Below are positions 34,589 to 45,649 of a stretch of DNA of 60,000 nucleotides, piece by piece; the stretch's first letter is position 1, and every line of letters starts with the position of its first letter. Location of the stretch: positions 35,156,001-35,216,000 of the forward strand of contig OZ249436.1 in NCBI GenBank assembly GCA_965235115.1, written 5' to 3'. The stretch is from Laetmonice hystrix. Taxonomy: Eukaryota. A program made the translations under genes and the position numbers. The notes beneath the pieces were generated by a model. The model saw only the letters and a list, made by a program, of their open reading frames with translations, did not search any database and was not told the DNA's origin.

Positions 34589-34753
34589 GCATTCAGCAGA
34601 AGAGCATCATTGTGACGTGTAACTACGTGGCACGTGATCGTGGTCTCAAGAAACTCATGTACCTGAAGGAAGCGCAGGAGAAATGTCCAGACATGGTCAT
34701 CGTTAATGGAGAGGATTTGACCAACTACCGCGAGATGTCATACAAAGTGACAG
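34589..34753 (+). CDS. POLI: DNA polymerase iota, exon 3
   Basis: (G)IQQKSIIVTCNYVARDRGLKKLMYLKEAQEKCPDMVIVNGEDLTNYREMSYKVT, with the iota-type QQK..VTCNY.AR and NGEDLT.YREMS motifs. Absent from the ORF track. Confidence 0.96.
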
Positions 34754-34941
34754 GTCCAGTATGAAATACTGAAATTGATTGTTTATCTCAAAGAGTTTTC
34801 TTTGCCATGTATAGGGGACACTTTTCACATCTAGTCATTCAGAGGATATATATGTTAAATTCTAATATAACTTATGTTATTGTATCTTGAAATCTTGAAC
34901 CTTGTGTTGTTCTCCCGCATTGCAAATGTTGTGTGTTTCAG

Positions 34942-35094
34942 AGATTTTAACAGCTTATTCTCCAGTGGTTGAAAGGCTAGGGTTCGATGAGAATTTCATT
35001 GATGTCACAGACTTGGTCGAGTTAGAAAAATGGAAGCAACTTTGCAAAGACACCAACCTGCCAGGATTTCTTTATGACGATGGAGTTTCTAAAG
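34942..35094 (+). CDS. POLI: DNA polymerase iota, exon 4
   Basis: SPVVERLGFDENFIDVT carries the catalytic DE pair. TTTCAG acceptor, G|GTATGT donor. Confidence 0.96.
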
Positions 35095-35890
35095 GTATGT
35101 CAATTCATGATTACTGATTACATTGGATGAAATGTCTGAATGGCCAATGCATGGTGCCCAGCACTCCTATATTTCCTATAAATTCCTATATTTTTCTTGC
35201 CATCCTATATAATATATATTCTTATGCTATTTCGAAAAAAATCTTATTAATTCCTATATTTGAAACTATTCCTGTGTAAGCCTGTATATATGTGATGATA
35301 TGAGAATTTTCATTGTGGAAACATAGATTTAATTCCTGATTAAAGTACTTAATAAATTTTACATTGTATGTTATGACTCAAGGCTGGTTATAACCATTAA
35401 AGGTAATGTTAAATTTAAACAAAATTTGGTTGTTTGTATCTGATACTCGTTGATCAACTTTATGTATATTAAAACATGGTGGTGATAGAAGGTGTAGGTG
35501 TGGTGGAGGCCTTCTTGAATGTATATAAATGTGTTTATTTGCCATTTTAGAAGCTACCATGTGCCTCGATCTTGCTATAATCGCCTATAAAATGACAGAA
35601 ATTGCACCTATACATTCCTATAATTTTGGTTTGAAAATTTCTATAATCCTATAATATTTTCTGATTGAGTAATACTAATTGCATAATAACTAGAAGTAGA
35701 ATCGCGAGTTTTACATGGAGAAAGGAGGGGCAAATCTTCTGAGGGACGTAATCAATAGAATTGCTTCTTAATGTCTCCGCTAGGTGGCAGTAGACCTCAC
35801 GGCGGTGCTGCATTCACTCGGCAGATACTAAAATCTGCTACCGATGAAAGAAACCTGGTAGATTTGAGATTTTTCTGTTTTGTCTATTAG

Positions 35891-36133
35891 ATGATACCGG
35901 TGTCCCATGCTGTACATGTGAACAGAGGCTGCGTATTGCAGCACACATCGCAGCCGCCATGCGACAACAACTCTACGATGATCTGTGTATCACATCCTGC
36001 GCTGGAATCGCTCACAATAAACTGCTTGCCAAACTCGTTGGAGAAACCCACAAACCAAACCAGCAAACCCTGCTGCCCCCTGCTGCTGCAGAAACACTCT
36101 TGCTGGATTTGTCTTCGTGTAGGAAGATCCCTG
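35891..36133 (+). CDS. POLI: DNA polymerase iota, exon 5
   Basis: CEQRLRIAAHIAAAMRQQLYDDLCITSCAGIAHNKLLAKLVGETHKPNQQTLL...RKIP; phase 1 to 1. Confidence 0.95.
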
Positions 36134-36832
36134 GTTTGTAACATGTGATAAGGAATTATAAAATAGTTATAACAATATTGGATATGATATTCATAATAGA
36201 ATTGTCGACTCTTTCAACAGGCTATATGCTCAGATTAACGAGTAGATCTACACTATAATGGCTAATTGTTTTAAGGTTGACAAAGCTTTCCTCACTGGAT
36301 TCAGAACTGTCATTTAATTTTTCACGATATTGGGAAGATTTTCTGTGTCAACCCATGAAGGATGGTGTGTCTGACACAGGCTTACCCGTGAAGGACAGTA
36401 ATAAACAAATTAATGAAGTTTGTGGAAATTATCAAGTTCATAAAATATAAATGTTTATAAAGGGTGCACTCCCATATTGTGTGTTGTCGTTCCACGGCAA
36501 GGTTTTTATTGCAGCGCCACAATGGTGGCTGGATTGCTCCATAGATCAAACTTCTACTCAAAATTTTTAAAATTCAATACTTGTATTCAGACGATCTCTC
36601 ATTAAAAGCATAAGTTTGGCTGCCCCGAAAGATGACACCCAGTTTGAGGTCATAGTCGCATCATATTCGGATGGAGTTGGCTACACTTCACACGTGAACC
36701 ACCAGACGGCGCTGCAATCGTAGTGCGTTCTCCCATAGACATGGAAACTGTCTTGTGGTGAAGGGTGGTAACACATACACCGCGTATATTTCCATGCGGT
36801 AGATTAAAAATGATAAACCTTGAATGTTTCAG

Positions 36833-37103
36833 GCATTGGTAGCAGCATGGCGAAAAAACTGAGTGTCCTTGGTGTTAATTCTGTGGCTGACCTACGTGCT
36901 GTTACCATGGTAACCCTGGAGAAAGAGTTTGGACATAAGACAGGACATCTCATCAAAGATTTCAGTATGGGCATTGACAACTCGACTGTGACAGCAACGG
37001 GTCGCCCGCAAACAATGAGTGATGAAGATTCCTTCAAAAAGTGTGACAACGTGGCAGATGCCAGGGAGAGGATGGCTGGACTTCTGGACAACCTGTTCAA
37101 AAG
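36833..37103 (+). CDS. POLI: DNA polymerase iota, exon 6
   Basis: (G)IGSSMAKKLSVLGVNSVADL (HhH/thumb)...GRPQTMSDEDSFKKC; phase 1 to 2. Confidence 0.95.
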
Positions 37104-37309
37104 GTGGACCTCTACTTTTAAAATAAATAAATGAGTGAATAACAATCAGTCAAACTGTATAGGGGCCGCACACTTTACTTTTACGATTGTACATGTATCA
37201 AAGAATACTCTAGATTATAATAGTAGCTCACATTGAGTGTTTGCCCACTTTTGTGGCCTTACTGCCGTCATATTTATAGATATCAGTAGTTGCTTTTGTA
37301 TTATTATAG

Positions 37310-37434
37310 ACTGAAAGAGGACGGCCGAGTTCCACAGACAGTTCGACTAACTGTTCGCAAGGTTTCTCCAACCTGGCATAGAGAGAGCCGTCAGGGTCCC
37401 GTACCACCAGCCATTCTATCTAAACTGAGACAAG
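37310..37434 (+). CDS. POLI: DNA polymerase iota, exon 7
   Basis: (R)LKEDGRVPQTVRLTVRKVSPTWHRESRQGPVP, little-finger domain; phase 2 to 1; G|GTAAGG donor. Absent from the ORF track. Confidence 0.94.
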
Positions 37435-37861
37435 GTAAGGGCAGCCACTTTTAAATTGTCACCGGTCTAAATAAAAAATTGCATTCCGTGTTTGTCTCCG
37501 GCGCATCACAAATGTATTTTGTAGCGGATTGATATAAACAAAGAAAGCATACACTGTAAAAATAATAATTTATTCTTTATGATATGTACAGTAATTGGGA
37601 AAATGTTTGTATATATTAGGCATTTTAGCATCCGAATTGAACTCTTATATACATGAGGTGCACATTTAAATATTCAAAAATATACATTATGATCATTATA
37701 ATTGAATGGTCACATTCTCACACTTGACGAGGCATAGTGCCTACACATGAACTATTAAAATACATCCTCCCAACATCAAAAACATTTTGACGTGATAACA
37801 CATCTGTGTGTCAAAAGATGTGTTATGAGACCGCCACATCACACAAAATCTTCCACCTTCC

Positions 37862-38499
37862 ATGCCTTATATTTATATATAGGGCCATCAGTAGGAGTCT
37901 GAATGTGGAGCCACCGTTCAATGCCTTATATTTATATATAGGGCCATCAGTAGGAGTCTGAATGTGGAGCCACCGTTCAATGCCTTATATTTATAGGGCC
38001 ATCAGTAGGAGTCTGAATGTGGAGCCACCGTTCAATGCCTTATATTTATAGGGCCATCAGTAGGAGTCTGAATGTGGAGCCACCGTTCAATGCCTTATAT
38101 ATATATAGGGCCATCAGTAGGAGTCTGAATGTGGAGCCACCGTTCAATGCCTTATATTTATATATAGGGCCGTCAGTAGGAGTCTGAATGTGGAGCCACC
38201 ATTCAATGCCTTATATTTATATATAGGGCCATCAGTAGGAGTCTGAATGTGGAGCCACCGTTCAATGCCTTATATTTATATATAGGGCCGTCAGTAGGAG
38301 TCTGAATGTGGAGCCACCGTTCAATGCCTTATATTTATATATAGGGCCATCAGTAGGAGTCTGAATGTGGAGCCACCGTTCAATGCCTTATATTTATATA
38401 TAGGGCCGTCAGTAGGAGTCTGAATGTGGAGCCACCGTTCAATGCCTTATATTTATACACGTATATAGGGCCGTCAGTAGGAGTCTGAATGTAGAGCCA
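37862..38499 (+). repeat. 55-59-bp minisatellite, 11 copies, in POLI intron 7
   Basis: Unit ATGCCTTATATTT(AT)nAGGGCCATCAGTAGGAGTCTGAATGTGGAGCCACCGTTCA; length variation is confined to the AT tract. Confidence 0.97.
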
Positions 38500-41093
38500 A
38501 GGTCCATGCGGTAAATGTCCTGGGTTCATGTCACAACATATCATTATGATGTGTGATTTCATGAAGTCGTGTTCCACATGGTGTGTTCGACGTCACACCT
38601 AATTTGACAGTACTAAGTCATTTCATTGAAGCTGTCATGGACCATTGAAAATGCCCATTGTAATGTATAACAATGGCATGCAGGTTTTTTTTACCGTTGG
38701 CCATCACGTTAAAGATGTATCAAAGTTGGAAATTACTTCTGGATACACACGTGTGTGTGGATCGACCTCTCTCAGCCTTCCTATGGTGAGACTGCAACAT
38801 GTTCCTGCGTTATCATTAGAATACCTCTGGGTAGATTTGGTCGGATCCAAGGCAGAAGAAGTAGCCGTGCGGTGGAATGATGAGGTCCCAGTTTTCCTCC
38901 TCGTCGTCGTCATCGTCGGCGAGGTTGACGACTGCCCACGGAGGACCAACCTGGACGACTGCCGGGACATGTGGCCGGACATCCCACAGGTCGGCCGGGG
39001 CGGTGGGAGCTGAGAAACCCATGGTGACGATAGCTGCTGACCTCAGCGGGACGACGGTGTTAAAACTGGTGGCGTGGTGGATTCTAGGAAACATAGAAAA
39101 ACTAACTTTAACAACTGGGTGTAATACTCAGGTATTATAACTCTCTGGTACGACTACATGTACCAAAAGACGCGTTCACTCACGACAGTAGCATGCATGC
39201 ACGCGTGCCTGACCAGGTGGTAAGAGCCAGCTGCCTGTCATGTTCAAATTAACACCAATTAGCAGGAGCCACCCTACCCCCAACCCCTTACCCCACAGTA
39301 CGCCCACAGTATCCTTGCCGAGGACGTGCCCGATCTCGTTTCACAGGTATTTAATTGACATTGATTTCTCTATCATCAAGCATTGTCTGCCACCATGCCC
39401 CCATTGTGGTTATGTAGGCGTACGGGTCGTTACATGCTGCTTTGTCACAGTATGCAATACATGATGTAATATTATTGGTACTACAATCAGACAACGGTAT
39501 CACAAAATCTGCCCATCTGCCAGAGTATCAGCTCGAAGCCATATTCTACCTAGTGATAGGATGGGGGAACCGAAGCTATGGGAACTGGTATCAAATATGT
39601 ATTTACAACACATAGAGCGACATGTAGGCCTAGCTAGTTAATGTCAAAATTTGTGTTGGAGTCAGGACAGGTCTGATGTTATGAAGCTCAGCGTATCTGC
39701 GTGATTATGAGTTTTCAATGGAAAAGTAAATTGGACTCCTGCTGAAGTCTCAACCAAAAGTCTCAACAGTTCAAGTATCTAACACACAAGCTCTGTGTTC
39801 TGTGTACATTCTGTATTCGGTCATTACGTGAATCGTTATTTACACATTATAACGTCCACATTATATAACGACATAAGACGATGTACAAAAAGTGTACTTA
39901 CAGTTTTCTCCTCGTCCTAATAATGTCCAGTCGTCAGTTGACCCGTGAAACGTTTGGCGACTGCTTGGTGTATACTTCCGATGTTTGGTCTAGGTTTTAA
40001 CACTGCTGGCCGCTGTAGGACTACTACGTGTTTATTGGTGGTGTTTCCGAATTAAGGAGGATTTTATATGGACAGTTATTGACCCGTTGATACCCGTGTC
40101 TGGACACGTTGTTATGGTCAAGGTCTGTTATGGAAATGAGGGTTACGGCCCAGGACAAGCAGCTTAACGGTACGAACGCTGTCGGATCGGGGATGGCGAG
40201 TTACGTCATCGATTACGTAATGATTATACGGACCATGTAGAATTTGGTCAGAGTACGTGGATCTGGTTACGTGATTGGACATTGGGTGGCTCCCCATCAC
40301 CTGACCAAGAAGTACAATGTAATTCGGTAGGTCGACTCAAGAAACACAGAAATACGTCACATTTGGGGACATTGGGAAAATCTCATAATTATAAAATGTG
40401 ACGTAGAGAAGTACATAGTTTACGTCACACATCGAAGTTGCGATCGCAAAAGGGGTAGGTAGATATTTCAGAATCGCCGGGAACTTCCATCAAATTTCCT
40501 CAGGTTTTATTTTTAAAAAGAGGGTATAATGGCATCATACGTTAATTGCCACGATTTGTCGCTTTGGGGCTATTTCGAAAGGTTTTTAATTTAGAATTAT
40601 CTTTGTGAAATCAATTTAATGAGGTATGATAATTAAACATAAGACTTAAGTAGACAGAGTTCGCGCCTGAAGCTGTGAAAGCGCACCCAAGCGAGCTCCA
40701 ACGTTGAACCCACGGGTGAGGACGCCAAGTTAGTGTCGCCACCTGTTGGTTACTATTGAAATCTTCCTCACATATTAGACACACAAATTGCACAAATTAC
40801 TGCTTTCCTTACCACTTAAATTTTCCTTTCCCCACCTTTTTATTAAAAAAGATGCATTATTCGGACACAGAAACCAACAACATCCTATATTGTATGTGAT
40901 AGCAACGAGTATAGACTCGTTGGTGATAGTAACATCGGGCCTGCTTACTATAGCGTTTATTGTGTTATGCAGTGATGTGAATAGAAACTATGACAGTATT
41001 TTGTATTTTTACCAGGAGGTGTAGCCCCCTCCACCGACCATCTTTTCCCAGTGTACCCAGTATAATGTAGATGGACACACATGTCTGTTTTAG

Positions 41094-42277
41094 GGAAGTA
41101 CGATGAGGCGGTACGTCATCTGTTAGATGTGTGTTCGGAACTCTTCCACAAACTGGTGCCTGTCCACGAACCCTTTCACCTGACCCTCATCAACATCGCC
41201 TTCGCCAAACTTCACGACACATCGGGCGGCAAACAAAACATATCTAGTTTCTTCCAGAAAGCAGTCAAAGGGTGTGGCTCCTCCAGCGAGAAAGGAAGCG
41301 GGCTTCCAATTAAAGGTAACGCCATTCAAAGTAAAAGTGTAGCAGAATTCAAAGAGGAGCGTCACAGTGGCATTTTGTCACCAACGAACGCGTGTAGCGT
41401 TCAAGGACCAACATCAGCTCAGAAAGACATCAGGGGATGCTGTTTGGAAACCGTGGAAACTGAAGATAATGAAAGCAAATCCGATGACTTCCATGGACTA
41501 TCATCAAACTCATGTCTTCATCCAAATAATACAACTGTAAACCCCATGAAACGACCATGGGAGACATGTGGTAGTGGGGACACGTACGTTGTAAAGAAAG
41601 TACGGACATCAGTGCGAAGTGGTTTTACTTCGTTAGACTCCGTGTCTGAGAAACTGAAGACAGCGACATCGAACGATGTCTCTTGTAACGTCAGTCAACA
41701 AGTAGACGTGGAACCAGAGCGGTCGGTAGAGGCGCCACCTGGTGTAGACCCGGCTGTGTTTTGGTCTCTTCCCCCAGATATCCGAGAGGATATCTGGGCT
41801 GAAATTGATTCGCGTGCCAAGATACGTCCAGACAATAATTTGGTATCGGCCAAGTCAAGCCACACGAAACCAACGAGCACGGCCGTGGGGCCTTCCCCTA
41901 GAACAAAGCCCCACTGCCAGGGTATCATTGGGTTTCTCAGAAAACCCATTCCTGTGGACCACTCGTGTGTACCGTCCGGGGGCAGGGACCGGGAGCCAGC
42001 CTCCGCCGGTCATGACCGGGCAGTGCCACCTCCCTCGCCTGCAGCCGGCTCCCCGGCCACCAATCCCGACAGGCCGACTCGTGATGGCCAAGCCGTGTTC
42101 GTGCCCCCTGACGTTGACCGGGATGTGTTCCTGAGCCTCCCGGGACAGATCCAACACGAGCTGGTGACGGACTGGTACCGGCGCCATCCTCCAGCGGCTG
42201 GCCACGCTGGGACAAACACGGCACTCGCCGCCAAGCAAAAGACCGCCTCAATCAGCAAATATTTCAGAAAAACATGA
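41094..42277 (+). CDS. POLI: DNA polymerase iota, exon 8 (little-finger end, PIP-like box, UBM1, UBM2)
   Basis: LFHKLV...PFHLTLINIAF; KQNISSFF; PPGVDPAVFWSLPPDIREDI; VPPDVDRDVFLSLPGQIQHEL. All eight exons total 2391 nt (796 aa plus stop). Confidence 0.95.
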
Positions 42278-42357
42278 ACCACCCACGCATGTGGTGTTAT
42301 TAATATAGCCTGAGAAGAATGAATCATGACAGTAACGTGAAAGTGTATGCAATGTTT

Positions 42358-42363
42358 AATAAA
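42358..42363 (+). terminator. Candidate polyadenylation signal for POLI
   Basis: AATAAA about 80 nt after the stop, followed by GT/T-rich sequence. Confidence 0.55.
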
Positions 42364-44733
42364 TGCTTGCGTACATGCATGGGTGTGATATTTCTTATAA
42401 TTTGCCTGTTGCGAAACATTTATTTTTATGGGGGATGGGTGTAAAATCGTGCGCTTTTGTTGTTTGTTTACTTTAACGGAACGTCAGTTAAAATGTTCTA
42501 CTGGTGGTTAAAACTCTAGCCTTCCGGCAGATAGTGATATTAGATCTATACCTAATAGGTGTGTCAAACAATCTTTACGTTGATCGCGATGATATACTCC
42601 TTGATTTTGACATCCAACATTCTTAGGTTTTCACAGGTACACGATTACATTACTTTTTTTACTGTTAATAGAACTACAGTTACAACAATTATGATATGAA
42701 GAAAATGAGTAATCTCAATGCTTTGTGCCTTTTTAATATTAATTTTAATATTTAGATCATGTTATTTAGCAAACCCTCTAACCCCCCCCCCCCCCCCCCA
42801 ATAAATCCATTGAGGTCCATTTCAATGCTGTTATATGTTTGAGTTACAGGTAGGCCCTATATAGTCCCCCTATATGTTGTTACACCCATGAACGCGTGGT
42901 ATCAGGCTACTTAATTTGTAATTGCCATGTTATTGGATTTCACAACTGTTATTGGTGGCCCGGACGAGCCCCGCGCCCTGCCCACAAGTACTTCCGGTTC
43001 CGCCAGGAACGGTGCCGTTGCGCATGTCTGCCATGAGATCTCCACTCTGAGAGTTCACCGGTTGTGTGGGCTGGGGTTTAGGCCTACTTGTCATCTGTCC
43101 TGCCAAACGCTCTGCGAGGAGAAATTAGAGTAGTGTTTAAACATAGGCCTACATAGCATGGACTCGGGAACAGTAACTGTTAAAGTCTTTCTCCTCCACG
43201 TGCTATAGGCAAAAAATAGCAAAAATATTTCGCTATTGTAGTGATACGGTTAACTTAGATAGGCCTGTATGCCTACTGTCCAAGGGCCTGCACTGTCTAC
43301 TTAGGGCGTATAATAAGTTGTCCATACGCAAACAATTTGGCCAAATGGTTCAACACGAAATGAGAAAATAATTAATGACGGTATATTTCTACTGTCAGCA
43401 CATGTAGGCCTATACACCCTCGTTTTATGGTTGAGCAATACACACGAACAAGGAACAAGGTAACAATGCGTTATTTTAGCGTGCCTCATAGCGTCTTCAA
43501 AAAGGACTAATTGATTGTTTAGATGATAACATATGATACAGCGCACAAAGACTCGTCTGCCTTCTCTTTTGAGGCAAAATGCTGCGGTATTTTCTTTCCT
43601 TTTGAAGCGAGGTCTTCCCACGATTCCTGTATAAAAGGGCAGGAAACGAGACCCTACATCAGCCACAGTAAAGAAATGATTGAGGGCTAAGAGATCACAC
43701 ACCGTGAGGTTTTCCCTTTGAGGGTGGACCTTTTTTTCTTTTTCTTTTTTGTTTGTTGAAACGACTATTTTTGGCATTGTATCCTATATAATCCCGATTA
43801 TGAACTCGGCAAAAGAACAGGGTTGTATTGGCATCACACGGTCAGCGGATCTCTAACCCGATTTAAACAAGTCTATAACTATAACGTTTTAACTCTAACC
43901 AGATTAAACCGGTCTATAGGTCTGAGCTCATGCACGCTTCAAGTTTAGTCTATTAATGTCGACAGGGCATGTTGGGTATTTTAAGAAGGATATAATTTTA
44001 AAATAACCTCTATTATAACGGGAATATTCCTAATAATGACGCCGGACCTCTCTGATCGTTTCACTATTGGAGCGGGGCTGTAACTCGGCAGAAGTCTGAT
44101 GTTTTTCATGATCAGTTATCTTGTCTGGCGCTTTACAATATCGGTACAGCGAGTGAAACCTTTCACCGAGGCAGTGTTCCTGTCATCGGTCGAGTAACCC
44201 CCTCCGCCTGCCGATAAGATCAGTTCCTGACAGCTAAGACTACCGTTTTTGTGCAGGTTCATGATGCAATCGGCCGTGTACTATAGCAGGCTGCATAGAC
44301 TGTGATTAACCACTCCTAGACTCGAACCGGACGACACTAGCTCCATACATTGTCTGATATTTACCCGCTCAGTCTTTCTCCAACAAGCCATCACGATAAG
44401 ATCATGCTCCTGACGGATAGTCATACATAAAGGCTATTTGTAAGTCCCATGTTTGTTATTAGAAAATGCGTGGGGAAAGCCGAGTTAGATTCACCCCATA
44501 TAACGATTGGCAGTGTTGATAAGAGCTGGCGACGTTAGCAAAGGTTTGCTGCTGCAATAGGCCTATCCATTACAATACTCATCTAACAACCCTCCACTGC
44601 CCCAAGGGGCGGACCTAGAAGGGGGAGTGGGGGAAGGTGATGCATAATTTACGTGCTTTTCAAAGCGCAAACGTACAACCTTTTTGGGCCAAAAGATTAA
44701 CCTATACACAATCATGTATGTCTACGCTGAGTC

Positions 44734-45159
44734 CAGTGATGCCACTCTGGGTTTGACCAAAAAAGTATAGGGCCTAGAATCTTTCAAGAAAAAAGTAGAT
44801 CTATCAAAATTGTCGGGGTAAAGTATTAAAAAAGTATTAATTTGCATCAATTTACCCTGATTTGTAATGATTTGTTCTCATTTTAGGCTTCTCAATACCA
44901 AGCTTTCAGGAGCAATGTTGAGAAAATCTGAGCCTAAAATGTTGTGTATTTCTATGTGCTGCTCAGCAAAACACGCATCCCCCTCCCATTATAAGACTAG
45001 CAAACTACACACGTCTTGAGTCATCATCAATGTCTGAAGAGTGTTCAATTACTCAATTTGATAGAAAAAAAGTATAAAAATGTATTTGCACATGGAAAAA
45101 AAGTAGTTTTGCTCTTAAAAAGTATAATACTTTTTCAAAAGTATAAAGTGGCAGCACTG
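44734..45159. mobile_element. MITE with CAGTG(A/C)TGCCAC termini and AAAAGTAT subterminal repeats (hAT- or P-like)
   Basis: CAGTGATGCCACT pairs with AGTGGCAGCACTG; no recognisable TSD. Confidence 0.65.
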
Positions 45160-45317
45160 TCAAGCCGTCGACGTTTCAACGAAACAATTAATTAATCTAA
45201 ATTAATATTAGGCTAGGCCCATCTACAAAACAACATACAAGATGTCATCGGTCTAGTAGATTTCAAACTTTAATTCGAATAGACTGCCCAGTGGCTCAGT
45301 ATAGGCCTACGTACCAG

Positions 45318-45382
45318 CGATTCCGGAAGTGATCAGTTCGACCAGGCCGCCATCGTCGTCACCGCCGCAGACGTCACATGAC
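45318..45382 (+). promoter_or_regulatory. Housekeeping-type promoter motif cluster
   Basis: TTCCGGAAGTG (ETS), GCCGCCAT (YY1-like) and GACGTCACATGAC (CRE/E-box-like) in a CpG-rich patch upstream of a candidate first exon. Confidence 0.5.
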
Positions 45383-45618
45383 CGGCAGCGTGCGCAGATA
45401 CAGCGACATCTGGTGGTGTAACTCGAGTTCCCATAACACGAACCTGAGGAGCAGCACATTCTCTTCACCTTTTAAACAAACAAATATTTTAAGTAGAAAA
45501 GCATTGAGTTATCACTGTTGTGCGTTCGACACAGACTTCCTTTTTATCGTGCAGTTCGGTGATAAGGACCGTTGAACGTTATGTACATGTAAAACAAGAA
45601 GACATCAACTCATTGACA

Positions 45619-45649
45619 ATGACGGGAGGAAAGAAAGGCAAAAAGTCGT
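45619..45649 (+). CDS. Candidate first coding exon of an unidentified gene (MTGGKKGKKS)
   Basis: ATG in a good context (ACAATGA), 31 nt, perfect GTAAGT donor, downstream of promoter motifs. Later exons not securely identified. Confidence 0.35.

Noticed and set aside
39885..39950. Hammerhead-ribozyme-like CTGACGA...GAAA on the minus strand
   Set aside because: The intervening bases do not form stem II, and stems I and III are not evident.
40611..40793. RING-finger-like start CLICEEDFNSNQQVATL
   Set aside because: The remaining C-x-H...C-x2-C ligands are missing, and the match overlaps a CTCF-like DNA motif, so it is probably chance.
41691..42327. Several antisense or alternative-frame ORFs
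   Set aside because: Shadow ORFs of the GC-rich POLI last exon.
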